A stretch of 64,000 nucleotides of DNA from an uncultured Gammaproteobacteria bacterium (lineage in GTDB: Bacteria; Patescibacteriota; Microgenomatia; JAMCZE01). The translations under genes were made by a program, and so were the position numbers. The notes under the pieces were generated by a model. The model was not told the DNA's origin, searched no databases, and was given only the letters and a program-made list of their open reading frames with translations. The first letter of the stretch is position 1. Every line of letters starts with the position of its first letter. The stretch spans positions 143,757 to 207,756 of the forward strand of contig CAZXMM010000001.1 of NCBI GenBank assembly GCA_964641255.1, read 5' to 3'. Of this stretch, positions 1 to 9,489 are shown piece after piece.

Positions 1-100
1 ATGATCAGATTAGCCTTGGGACCTGTAACTTTGACCGGAATAATAGGACGACGAATAGTTCTGGTGGCAGCCGGGTAAGGAGTCTTTTTGAACGGGAAGA

Positions 101-319
101 TCATTTCACTTTCATTAGCGGCACGCTTATGAGGGGATAAGGAGCGTTTTTATAAAATGTGTGTTTTTTTCCGGTTTTATCTGCCTGTTTTTTTGCTTGG
201 GCCAAAGTAGTCCCCGAACCCAACACCTTTTTATAATCCATAGAAAGCGCTACCCACTTGTCTTTAAAAGGGAGTAGCACTTTTGTTAGGTCAATGGGCT
301 TTAACTTTTGAGTATTCAT
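101..319 (-). CDS. small hypothetical protein (possibly DUF5678-like)
   Basis: 72-aa ORF; pattern KWVAL..D..KVLGSGTTLAQAKKQA resembles small DUF5678-type proteins; by-eye similarity only. Confidence 0.3.
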   Translation of the reverse strand: MNTQKLKPIDLTKVLLPFKDKWVALSMDYKKVLGSGTTLAQAKKQADKTGKKHTFYKNAPYPLISVPLMKVK

Positions 320-694
320 ACCTATATTATATAGTATAAAAGCAATTTCCCTTTCCCAGCCGTACGCAAACCTTGTCGCATCTGGTAAAAAAACTCTTGA
401 AACCAGGAGGTGGGCTACTTCCTTTCGGGGAGACCTACTAATTTGTTCCTCAAAGACTGTTCCTACCGAACCCGCGGGCTATGCCTTGTGTGTTGTTGAG
501 CTAGCAGCAATTGAGCCAATGCAGCGAAAACACGAGAGAGACGCCTGCATAAAACTATATGACAGAGCGAAGGTTTGGCATCTGAAAAACCTTCGCTTAG
601 TGGACCCTATTTTTAAAGTCAAAGGAAAACTCAGCCTGTTTGATGTCAAGCTTCCTAAAAACACCCGTCTTCTCCCTGTTGGGAAAGGGTATAA

Positions 695-1432
695 TTGCCA
701 AAATATAAAACTATGATTACACTTCCTGGTGCAGTCTTTGCTAACAAACACGCTATTTTATCCCTCGGTGGTTCGCTAGTTGTCCCAGATGAAGTAAATG
801 TTACTTATCTTAAAGAATTTCGTTCCTTCATTCTTTCCAAAATTACCGAGGGCTGGAGCTTTGTTTTGGTGGTGGGGGGAGGAGCCCAAGCCAGACGCTA
901 TATTGACGCTGCTACTCAAATTCTTGATAAAGAGATTACAAAAGATGATCAAGACTGGTTAGGCATCCACGCCACTCGCTTTAATGGCCATTTGGTTCGT
1001 ACTATCTTTCGCTCCCACGCCCAGCCGGCCCTCGTAACTCATCCAGAAGATGACGAGATTGATAGTAGTTGTAAGTTGGTGGTGGCCTCTGGGTGGAAAC
1101 CAGGGTGGTCAACTGATTATGTGGCCAGCAAACTTGCCCATAGACTTAAAGCCAAGTTAATTATTAACCTCACGAATATTAGCCAGGTCTTTACGGCAGA
1201 CCCCAAGAAAGATCCCGGCGCTAAACCACTTGATCAAATGTTGTGGAGTGATTTTTGTGCCATGGTGGGAGACAAGTGGGTTCCGGGCATGAATGCACCC
1301 TTTGACCCTGTTGCTGCTAGTCTTTGTTGTAAAGAAAATATCGCAGTGGCAGTAATGGCGGGAGATAACCTCGCCAACCTTTCTGATTGTCTCAGTACAA
1401 GACCTTTTTTGGGAACGCTTCTTACAAACTAA
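695..1432 (+). CDS. pyrH: UMP kinase (archaeal/short type amino-acid-kinase fold)
   Basis: 245-aa ORF with the motif VVGGGAQARRY and overall amino-acid kinase family pattern. Confidence 0.7.
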   Translation: MPKYKTMITLPGAVFANKHAILSLGGSLVVPDEVNVTYLKEFRSFILSKITEGWSFVLVVGGGAQARRYIDAATQILDKEITKDDQDWLGIHATRFNGHLVRTIFRSHAQPALVTHPEDDEIDSSCKLVVASGWKPGWSTDYVASKLAHRLKAKLIINLTNISQVFTADPKKDPGAKPLDQMLWSDFCAMVGDKWVPGMNAPFDPVAASLCCKENIAVAVMAGDNLANLSDCLSTRPFLGTLLTN

Positions 1433-1434
1433 AG

Positions 1435-2643
1435 CTACTCTTCAAAGCCGTCACGCTTTACCGGTGAAAAGATAAACACTAGTAGAGCTAAGGCACTTAA
1501 AAAGAACAAGGGGATGGCAAGTGACCGGTCAGCCATAAGACCAATTACGGGATTGAGAAATACAAGCACCACTCTTCTAAACATTGAGATGGACGACAAT
1601 ACAGTTGCTCGCTGCTCGGATTGAATAAATTTGTTCATATAAGAGCTCATTAGTTCCATTCGTGTCAAACCAAAGCCGCCAGCAGTAACCAGAAAAATAA
1701 TTACAGTAATTGGACTGGGGAAAAGTGCGACAATTAAAAACCCAACAGCCACAATTCCAGCGGAAATTCGCAAATAATTTTTTGCCCCACCCACCAGTCT
1801 TTCCAAAAAAGGAAAATTGGCTGCAATGATTATTTCAGAAACGATCAAGGTAACACTAAACCAACCGAAAACATAAATAGACACTCCAGCTTTTTCCAAG
1901 AGAGGCTGACTTAACCACAGAACAAAATAACCCACTGCGGCAATGCCAATGGCGTCAATGGCCAGGCTGCGGAGTTTTTTGTGACCCAGAAAAAACCGGA
2001 CGCCACTTTTGGCGATGAGTAAATAACGTTTGCGCTCTGGGATTTTGTCTTTGGTGCCTGGCTCTTTAAGTGACCAGGCTACCATAGTGGCTAAGAAAAT
2101 CGGAACAGCTGTCAAAATAATCGGCCAGTTCAGTCCCAATCTGGCGGCAATCAAACTGCCGATCGGGGCGGCCACGGCAATACCAATTAAATGCAACGAG
2201 TGGGCTCGAGCAAACACCGCCTTGCTTTCGTCCTCTCTGCCTAATTCTTTTAAGCTGTCGTACAGTAGCGCATCGTCAGCGCCAGATAGCAAAGCGGTAC
2301 CAAGGGCAAACAAGAATTCTCCCACCAGAAAGATTTCAAATTTGGGTACCAGTCCGTAAATGACGGCAGCCACCGCTATGACTAGCGCTCCCAAAGTTAA
2401 AGAGTACTTGCGGCCAAAAAAGTCGGCAATCGTCCCCGTGGGAATTTCTAGAACAAAGATCCAAAACATGAACCAGGATTGTAGAAACTGCACTTGGGCC
2501 AAAGACAGATTTCCCCAATGAGTCAACATTGGTACAAGTACCGCCCCGAAGAAGGTCAGGCTTACGAGAAACTGAAAGGCATAATAACGCCAGACCACAC
2601 TGTGGATACTATTTCTAATTGATGAGATAGGTGGTTGTTTCAT
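1435..2643 (-). CDS. MFS transporter
   Basis: 402 aa, about 12 predicted TM helices, MFS-type loop motif (GRKYSLTLGA). Confidence 0.75.
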   Translation of the reverse strand: MKQPPISSIRNSIHSVVWRYYAFQFLVSLTFFGAVLVPMLTHWGNLSLAQVQFLQSWFMFWIFVLEIPTGTIADFFGRKYSLTLGALVIAVAAVIYGLVPKFEIFLVGEFLFALGTALLSGADDALLYDSLKELGREDESKAVFARAHSLHLIGIAVAAPIGSLIAARLGLNWPIILTAVPIFLATMVAWSLKEPGTKDKIPERKRYLLIAKSGVRFFLGHKKLRSLAIDAIGIAAVGYFVLWLSQPLLEKAGVSIYVFGWFSVTLIVSEIIIAANFPFLERLVGGAKNYLRISAGIVAVGFLIVALFPSPITVIIFLVTAGGFGLTRMELMSSYMNKFIQSEQRATVLSSISMFRRVVLVFLNPVIGLMADRSLAIPLFFLSALALLVFIFSPVKRDGFEE

Positions 2644-2648
2644 AGATT

Positions 2649-2680
2649 AAAAAACCAGCCGTCTTTGGCTGGTTTATGGT
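2649..2680 (-). terminator. intrinsic terminator (8-bp GC-rich stem AACCAGCC/GGCTGGTT followed by T6 on the minus strand)
   Basis: hairpin plus U-run read on the minus strand, downstream of the 2825..4228 gene. Confidence 0.55.
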
Positions 2681-2824
2681 TTAAATGCTAGGTAATGTGC
2701 GTCAGTGTTCTAAACCATAACCAGCCCTCTCGGCGTTGCCAAGGGTGACGGGGTATTGGTTAATAAAACTACCACAGTTCATAGATAGTATTTTAAAGAG
2801 GGGTCGGGGGAAAGTCAATGGGAA

Positions 2825-4228
2825 CTATAGGGTTGTCGAAAAAGTTTGGATGCTGTCTTTCCTAAGGGTAATGAGGTGACGCCTAAGAATTTTGTAAGTA
2901 TCCAGGTCAAAAGTTACATCATCCATCGAGTCTTTGGTAACGCCTTCGTCTCCATAAGTTTCTTTCCCAAGGTAACACCACTGATCAAAGATGTGCCGCT
3001 CTCCCAAATTCGTTTCCGGATCTTTCTCATCAATGGCAATCGCTCCGGAAAAAGGCCACTGTTTAATTTTGGCAGCCGACAGGGCAATAAACAGGCGACT
3101 ATTATAAAGAGCCGGATTTTCCTTCCCTACACACCCGCCTTTACATCTTCCTAAACGATACCCAAAGCAAGCGACTTTACTGTGATCAATGCCAAGTAAC
3201 TTCTCACATAGCTGTTGGTCCTTGGCAATCTGAGTAAGAAACGTAGTTGCCTGCTTTTTGTTTTTAAACACTCCCATGACCGAGGCTACTTCTGTAGGAG
3301 TAATATGATCGACATCCTCGAGGTAGGGCTGCAAGTAACCTTGTTCATTTGTTTTTGTCTTAAGTATCAGGAGTTTTTTAGTGAGTCGTAACTGGCGATT
3401 ATAAAGGGGTTGCAGTTTCTTGACGAGCTGAGCTTCTTTAAACAGGGCTCCCAATTCACCGGTGGTGGGAATAGTTTCAATCGAGGTAACTTGCTGGGAT
3501 AGCTGCATTTCTTTAGATGAGAAATGATCCGAGGAGAAGTGGTCTTTTACTCGGGACTGAATATTAATACTCTTACCTACATAAAGCGGTGCCCCGCTTT
3601 CCCCGTAAAAAATGTAGACTCCGGGGCATTCGGGGAGACTGTCGAGGAGTTCTTCTGATAGGTTAATAGGGACGGTGGGTCGTTGCATCACCTTCATGAT
3701 GGTCTGCTCGAGTTTTTTCTGGGGGAAGAGTGTAAACAGCTGTTCGTAAAATTGCCAACAGACCCAGGCATCATCAAAGGCGCGGTGACGATGCTCACAA
3801 TTAAATCCAAAGCGCTTAATAACCGCATCAAGACTATGCCGCTTAAACTTAGGAAATAGTGCCCGGGACAGTTTTACCGTACACAAATTTCTTGCTCGGT
3901 AGGAAATATCTTGACGGGCTAACTCTTGTTTAACAAATCCGTAATCAAAGCGAACGTTGTGAGCAGAAAAAACGCAGTCTTTAAGAAGGCCAGAGATATC
4001 TTTGGCGACACTCGAAAAGCTTGGAGCTCTTGAGAGTAGCTCTGTACTGATTCCTGTCAGGGCTGAAATTTCTGGCGGAAGGTAGGAGTCTGGATTAACT
4101 AGTGTCTGGAACTGTTCAACCACCTGATTATGTTCTACGCGAATGATACCGATTTCAATGATGCGATCGGCTCTAGTGGAGGTACCAGTGGTTTCAATAT
4201 CAACAAAGGCAATTTTTGAGGGAAGCAT
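2825..4228 (-). CDS. DnaQ-like 3'-5' exonuclease fused to a GIY-YIG nuclease domain (Cho/UvrC-homologue-like)
   Basis: N-terminus FVDIETTG and SAHNVRFD exonuclease motifs; C-terminal half GVYIFYGESGAPLYVGKSINIQSR GIY-YIG motif. Confidence 0.75.
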   Translation of the reverse strand: MLPSKIAFVDIETTGTSTRADRIIEIGIIRVEHNQVVEQFQTLVNPDSYLPPEISALTGISTELLSRAPSFSSVAKDISGLLKDCVFSAHNVRFDYGFVKQELARQDISYRARNLCTVKLSRALFPKFKRHSLDAVIKRFGFNCEHRHRAFDDAWVCWQFYEQLFTLFPQKKLEQTIMKVMQRPTVPINLSEELLDSLPECPGVYIFYGESGAPLYVGKSINIQSRVKDHFSSDHFSSKEMQLSQQVTSIETIPTTGELGALFKEAQLVKKLQPLYNRQLRLTKKLLILKTKTNEQGYLQPYLEDVDHITPTEVASVMGVFKNKKQATTFLTQIAKDQQLCEKLLGIDHSKVACFGYRLGRCKGGCVGKENPALYNSRLFIALSAAKIKQWPFSGAIAIDEKDPETNLGERHIFDQWCYLGKETYGDEGVTKDSMDDVTFDLDTYKILRRHLITLRKDSIQTFSTTL

Positions 4229-4248
4229 AATAGTGGTACACTAGGCAA

Positions 4249-6003
4249 ATGATTGTACTACTTCTTTTTGCATTTTTGTCAGGGTTGGTCACACTTCTGG
4301 CTCCCTGTATTTGGCCGCTTCTACCGATTATTCTTTCCTCATCAGCTACCGGTGGATCAAGAAAGCCTTTAGGAGTGACCTTGGGAATAATGGTGAGCTT
4401 TGGTTTTTTTACTCTTACCCTAACTTATCTAGTCCGGCTCTTCCACTTTGACCCGGATATTTTAAGACTCGGTGCGGTCGCAATTATTATTGTTCTAGGA
4501 CTATCTCTTATCATTCCAAAGCTTTCGGCCCAATTGGAACTGCTGGTTAGTAAATTAAGTAGCAAGTTTGGCGGGGCAAGTGGTGTCAAGCGTGAGGGAT
4601 TTGGAGGCGGATTTTTAACCGGTTTGGCTCTGGGGGTAGTCTGGACACCCTGTGCCGGCCCGATTTTAGCTACTATCACTGCTTTGTCTGTTACCGCTTC
4701 GGTTAATTGGCAACTGGTTTTAATTGTAGCCGTGTATGTTACCGGCGTGGGAATTCCTCTTTTTGTCTTTGCCAAGCTAGGTAATCATTTTTTTAGTAAA
4801 GCGAGAGCCCTCAATAGGTACACGGGAAGAATCCAGCAAATCTTCGGGATCATCATGATTGTTACGGCCCTAGCAATTCTCACTAATGTTGATAAACAGC
4901 TCCAAGCAGGGCTCCTCGATAGAATCCCAGCTTACGGCACCTTCCTTATTAAGCTTGAGAGTAATCCCCAAGTCACCTCCGCTCTTAATGGACTAAAAGG
5001 TGGGACCAATCCCACTTCCATGGTTGGGAAACCCGTGGGACCCAGGAATGACGCTCTCAGTGCTCCCCTGGCTCCCGAGTTTAGTGGCGGGACAATGTGG
5101 CTTAATACAGATAAGCCGCTTACCCTTAGCGACTTAAAAGGGAAAGTAGTCTTGGTAGATTTTTGGACTTATACCTGTATCAACTGTATTCGTACCCTAC
5201 CTTTTGTTACTGGTTGGGACCAAAAGTACCGCGATCAAGGACTAGTGGTAATCGGAGTCCATAGTCCCGAGTTTGAGTTTGAAAAGAAAACGACCAATGT
5301 TGAAGATGCTATTAAACGTTTTAAGATTAAGTACCCCGTGGTGCAAGATAACGACTTTGCGATTTGGCGCAGTTACAATAATCACTATTGGCCGGCCAAA
5401 TATCTGATCGACAGTCAGGGAAGAATTCGCTATAGCCATTTTGGAGAAGGTGCCTACGAGGAGACGGAGAGAATTATACAGGAGCTTCTCAGAGAAGCAG
5501 GAAGAAAAGTTGACGATGAGGTGGTTAGTGTTACTAACGAAGCACCAAGAACACCGTCCACCCCGGAAACCTACCTAGGCAGTAACCGCATGCAATATTA
5601 CTATCCCAGTGGCCAGCTTTCGGTGGGGAAGAAAAATTTGACTCCGTCTTTAGCCCTTCCTGTTAACACCTTTTCCTTAGGGGGAGCCTGGACAGTCAAT
5701 GAGGAAGAATCCATTGGGGGTAAAGGATCTACTCTGATTCAACATTTTGTCGGGAAAAAAGTCTTTCTTGTCATGCGTAAAGTGGATACCACCGATGCTA
5801 GCCCAGCAGTGACAGTCAGAGTTCTTTTGGACGGAGTAGTAATCACCCCTGAGGCAGCGGGAAGCGATGTAGTAGACGGGAGAGTCACAGTCACCGAAGA
5901 TAGGCTCTATACCTTGGTCGAACTAGCTAGCCCGGGTCCCCACAGTCTCACGTTAGAGTTTGAAACCGGTGGGATAGCTGTTTTTGCCTTTACCTTCGGC
6001 TAA
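4249..6003 (+). CDS. DipZ-like protein: CcdA/DsbD-type membrane domain + thioredoxin-like domain + C-terminal beta-rich domain
   Basis: N-terminal multi-TM region with conserved Cys pair (LAPCIW, TPCAGP); central WTYTCINCIRTLP redoxin motif; about 200-aa C-terminal extension. Confidence 0.7.
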   Translation: MIVLLLFAFLSGLVTLLAPCIWPLLPIILSSSATGGSRKPLGVTLGIMVSFGFFTLTLTYLVRLFHFDPDILRLGAVAIIIVLGLSLIIPKLSAQLELLVSKLSSKFGGASGVKREGFGGGFLTGLALGVVWTPCAGPILATITALSVTASVNWQLVLIVAVYVTGVGIPLFVFAKLGNHFFSKARALNRYTGRIQQIFGIIMIVTALAILTNVDKQLQAGLLDRIPAYGTFLIKLESNPQVTSALNGLKGGTNPTSMVGKPVGPRNDALSAPLAPEFSGGTMWLNTDKPLTLSDLKGKVVLVDFWTYTCINCIRTLPFVTGWDQKYRDQGLVVIGVHSPEFEFEKKTTNVEDAIKRFKIKYPVVQDNDFAIWRSYNNHYWPAKYLIDSQGRIRYSHFGEGAYEETERIIQELLREAGRKVDDEVVSVTNEAPRTPSTPETYLGSNRMQYYYPSGQLSVGKKNLTPSLALPVNTFSLGGAWTVNEEESIGGKGSTLIQHFVGKKVFLVMRKVDTTDASPAVTVRVLLDGVVITPEAAGSDVVDGRVTVTEDRLYTLVELASPGPHSLTLEFETGGIAVFAFTFG

Positions 6004-6017
6004 ACTGAGATGTTATC

Positions 6018-6368
6018 TTGACACACTCCTCACTTGGCAGTACCCTTCTTATATTCATGAGGATTGTTCTGTCCATCGCAATTCTTCTCCTTTTGATCTT
6101 AGTCGCCGTAGGGGGTTATCTCTACTTTACTGGTCGGTTACCTATGCAGCAGTCTGCTCCCTCAGATGCTCTTAGTTCTACAGAGGAGAGTGGCCTCTCT
6201 AGTGACTACCCGACAGACAGTAGCGATACCGCTCTTACTGATGGTACGGGTGACAGCGATTTAGAAGAGGACGATCAACTTATTGAAATGAAACTAAAGC
6301 AGTTAGATGCTAAAGCTGGGGATGTAGAAGTAGGACTAAATGATAAAGAGCCAGATTTGAATCCGTAG
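6018..6368 (+). CDS. hypothetical membrane-anchored protein with acidic C-terminus
   Basis: single N-terminal TM helix, Asp/Glu/Ser-rich tail. Confidence 0.4.
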   Translation: MTHSSLGSTLLIFMRIVLSIAILLLLILVAVGGYLYFTGRLPMQQSAPSDALSSTEESGLSSDYPTDSSDTALTDGTGDSDLEEDDQLIEMKLKQLDAKAGDVEVGLNDKEPDLNP

Positions 6369-6378
6369 CTAAAACACT

Positions 6379-7131
6379 ATGAAAGCAAAATTTCTTTTAA
6401 GCTTCTTAACTATCTTCCTTTTGACACTCACCCTCGCTGAGAGTGTTTATGCAGTTAACGAACTTAGGGTTAAAAAAGCCGCTTCGTCTGCTGCTCAGAA
6501 ACAAATGATCAGACAAGAAGATAAAGTGGCCAATCTCAAAAAAAGAGCCACCAGTGAAATTGATCGCAGGGTAAAAGCGCTTAACGCCTTAAAGGAACGA
6601 GTGAGTGGGCTAAAGCGTCTTAGTGATAGTCAGAAAGCGGAATTCGCTGGAAAGATTCAAACAGAGATTGATGGTCTGACTGCCCTTAAGGCTAAGATCG
6701 AAGCTGAGACCGATTTGGAAACCCTTAAGGCTGACGTTCAGTCCATTGTTAAGTCCTATCGTATTTTTGCTTTCTTTATGCCCCAGATCCAAATCTTAGT
6801 GGCCGCCGATTCTCTGGGAGAAGCCGCTGATCTTTTGGTGGGACACGCGGATAAGTTGACTCTGCGTGTTACCGAAGCCAAAACCGCGGGACACGATGTT
6901 ACTGGCCTAGAAGCTAAGCTTAGCGACATGAGAAGTCAAATCGACCTGGTCAAAAACATCAATTCACAAATTGAGTCGTCAGTAGTCGTCCTGACCCCTG
7001 AGGGGTTTCCAGGTAATAAAGCGGCGTTACAGGTTGCTAGATCTTCTCTGGGGACAGCCCGCAAGGCGCTTGATGCTACCCGTCAAGACGCAGCCTCAAT
7101 TCGTAATGGTCTATTAGTGTTAAAAAAGTAA
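6379..7131 (+). CDS. hypothetical secreted coiled-coil protein
   Basis: signal-peptide-like N-terminus (LLTLTLAESVYA), heptad-rich sequence. Confidence 0.45.
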   Translation: MKAKFLLSFLTIFLLTLTLAESVYAVNELRVKKAASSAAQKQMIRQEDKVANLKKRATSEIDRRVKALNALKERVSGLKRLSDSQKAEFAGKIQTEIDGLTALKAKIEAETDLETLKADVQSIVKSYRIFAFFMPQIQILVAADSLGEAADLLVGHADKLTLRVTEAKTAGHDVTGLEAKLSDMRSQIDLVKNINSQIESSVVVLTPEGFPGNKAALQVARSSLGTARKALDATRQDAASIRNGLLVLKK

Positions 7132-7137
7132 GAGGCG

Positions 7138-7401
7138 GTGAGTAGTATGTCAATTCTGGCTTGGATTGTCTTTGGTTTGATCGCCGGATCGATCGCCAAT
7201 TTTGTTAGTCCCAATTCTGCAAAAGGAGGAATTCTCGCTTCGATCATTTTGGGTGTGGTAGGAGCGGTAGTTGGTGGGTACCTAGGAGAAATGTTTTTTG
7301 GAGTGGGAGTAACTGGCTTTAATGTCACCTCTTTTATTGTGGCTGTTTGTGGATCGCTCCTGGTTTTATTTGTGGGAAGAGTGTTATCGCGTTCCAGCTA
7401 A
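7138..7401 (+). CDS. GlsB/YeaQ/YmgE family stress-response membrane protein
   Basis: LAWIVFGLIAGSIAN...GILASIILGVVGAVVGGYLG family signature. Confidence 0.75.
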   Translation: MSSMSILAWIVFGLIAGSIANFVSPNSAKGGILASIILGVVGAVVGGYLGEMFFGVGVTGFNVTSFIVAVCGSLLVLFVGRVLSRSS

Positions 7402-7498
7402 GAGGACAATAACTCTCCTGGCTGTTTTTAGGGCGGTCGATTTTTCTTTTCGTGGTTGGCGGGTGCCTACGTAGGTGCTAAAATTGAGTAACCATTAA

Positions 7499-7570
7499 TC
7501 CCCTGTAGCTCAATGGTAGAGCGCTTCGCTGTTAACGAAGATGTTCTAGGTTCGAGTCCTAGCGGGGGAG
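7499..7570 (+). tRNA. tRNA-Asn (anticodon GTT)
   Basis: 72-nt cloverleaf folded by hand: acceptor TCCCCTG/CGGGGGA, anticodon loop CTGTTAA, T-loop TTCGAGT. Confidence 0.85.
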
Positions 7571-7622
7571 CTGCGTTCCAAAACTCGTCCTGTCTGCACC
7601 AGTCTTCTGATAGAATTCATTA

Positions 7623-8333
7623 ATGTCAGCCGAGCAAATAAAGGTACTTCTAGATAAGGGTGTTCAGGCCCGAGAGGCTGGCGACTATATAACTGGGTTA
7701 CAGGATATTCAGAGAGCCTTCACTGATTCAATAGGTTTAGATGATCAGAGTAGGATAGTTGAATCGGGTAATCAATTATCTATTCAATTACGTCTTCTCG
7801 CGGGAAGAAGCAGTAGGTCTGGTAACAAAGATGAGGCCACCAGATTTAGTAACGAATCATTGGCGGTCTATAACAAATTGGAAGAACTGGGATTATTAAA
7901 CCTCCAAGATCCTAACATAGCTCGTAATTGGGCCCATTCCTTATTGTATGCAGGCAAATACGAAGAGGCGGTCAGGGCTTTGGAGCAATCAGCTAGGATA
8001 CAAACAAATCAGGCTGCTCAAGGTGATGAAATGTGCCACCTTGCATCAGCTAAACTAATTCAGGGAGATATTAATGGAGCCACAGATCTCGTTGATAAGG
8101 GAACCAAACTGATACAGGACAATAATGGGTCAAATATTTGGCTAACCTTTGGCTACATGACTCTTGCAACCCTGCTTGCTAAAAAAGCTGAGTTCACTAG
8201 GACCAGCGCTATTTTACGGGAGGCGTTAGTAATTGCTGAAGAGAATGGCCTAATGGTTGGTGAGGAGGAGATAAAATACTTGCTGACACTCCCGCCAGCC
8301 GAAGTCAATGTTCTAAAAGCCGTGGGAATTTAA
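7623..8333 (+). CDS. hypothetical helical-repeat (TPR-like) protein
   Basis: 236 aa, alpha-helical repeat composition, no catalytic motif. Confidence 0.35.
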   Translation: MSAEQIKVLLDKGVQAREAGDYITGLQDIQRAFTDSIGLDDQSRIVESGNQLSIQLRLLAGRSSRSGNKDEATRFSNESLAVYNKLEELGLLNLQDPNIARNWAHSLLYAGKYEEAVRALEQSARIQTNQAAQGDEMCHLASAKLIQGDINGATDLVDKGTKLIQDNNGSNIWLTFGYMTLATLLAKKAEFTRTSAILREALVIAEENGLMVGEEEIKYLLTLPPAEVNVLKAVGI

Positions 8334-8400
8334 TAGTCTAGAACTCATTCGTCCTGGCGAGCTAAGCTCAGCAGTCCGTTAATTATGATAATATCTATAT

Positions 8401-8574
8401 ATGGCAACCATTACCATTGAAGATTCAGTAGAATTTCCCAGGTGCCCACACTGTGATAAAGAAATAAAAACCATTCTTAAGCAGCAGGTTGGTTCACTTC
8501 AAGTCCATATTATCTACTTCTGCCCCGAGTGCAGGAAAATCTTAAACGTAGTATCTGAAGTCTACGGTTTTTAG
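8401..8574 (+). CDS. small zinc-ribbon protein (57 aa)
   Basis: ORF below the track threshold; two CxxC pairs (CPHC ... CPEC); translation checked codon by codon. Confidence 0.35.
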   Translation: MATITIEDSVEFPRCPHCDKEIKTILKQQVGSLQVHIIYFCPECRKILNVVSEVYGF

Positions 8575-8633
8575 ACATAATAAGTCCGAACTTCATCCAT
8601 TACCCGGAGCCAAGAACATATTAAAAACTGATA

Positions 8634-8900
8634 TTGTATAATTACATGACTATGTGGATGATCGGAGATATCATTTCCGCACTATTTATTCCTGTAGGTA
8701 AAAGATATTTAGAGTTAACTTCAGATCGGAAGTTAAAATTTAAACGCAATTGTTTTGTTTATCTACTGGTTTTGTTCGTCGGGTCTGTTTTATGTATTGT
8801 AGATTTTGCATACGATAAGAACTCATTGTTTTTCTTACCGGGTATTATTGGATTAGTTTTAACTGCGATTTTCTTCTTCAAACTTAAAGGAATTAAATAG
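8634..8900 (+). CDS. small hypothetical membrane protein
   Basis: 88 aa, two hydrophobic helices. Confidence 0.3.
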   Translation: MYNYMTMWMIGDIISALFIPVGKRYLELTSDRKLKFKRNCFVYLLVLFVGSVLCIVDFAYDKNSLFFLPGIIGLVLTAIFFFKLKGIK

Positions 8901-8920
8901 TTTACCAAGCGTAGGAAAAA

Positions 8921-9346
8921 TTAAATTCGTGTGTAAAAGTTTCGGATGGTGTCAACTGCTCGGAGCCACAGTTGACGACCAGCGAAATTTGCGATGGTGT
9001 CAAAGGGTTTTGTCGCTTCGTACTGCAACGTTTTACCCTCTAGTCTTAGGTTCTGAAGTGTCAGCTTGATGAGTTGTCTCTTTTCCTCGACTTCCGAACT
9101 TTGGAAAAGCTCATAGGCTCGTTTAGCCAGCTCCAGTATGTAGTTTGCCGTAACGTAGTAATTGTCTTCGGCATCCTGTAGCAGGGCAAGACGGGCATCA
9201 AAATCAGCTATTTTGCCTCGAAAGGATTGAAAGAATTTGTCATAGCCATCCTCAGTAATGCACCATAGTTTTAGTAGAATATGAGTGTGTATACTCCTAG
9301 CGAAGAGATCAGATTGAAGATTAGGGCACTGTTTGAGCCCCGCCAT
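8921..9346 (-). pseudogene. C-terminal remnant of a large serine recombinase
   Basis: the terminal segment KRQLIKLTLQNLRLEGKTLQYEATKPF resembles the conserved C-terminal segment of large serine recombinases, including the intact one at 49199; no catalytic N-terminal domain upstream. Confidence 0.35.
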
Positions 9347-9489
9347 GGGCGCAGATTAAGGGAGTCAGAAGTATTAGAGATTGCCCTTAATCTTGCTGGC
9401 TTTGCGGAAGTCGCAATTGAAGCAGCGTTGGATAAGAAGGTTAAAAATAAACGTGTTCTAGGTAAGGCTCGGTCTGGTAGAATGGCTAA

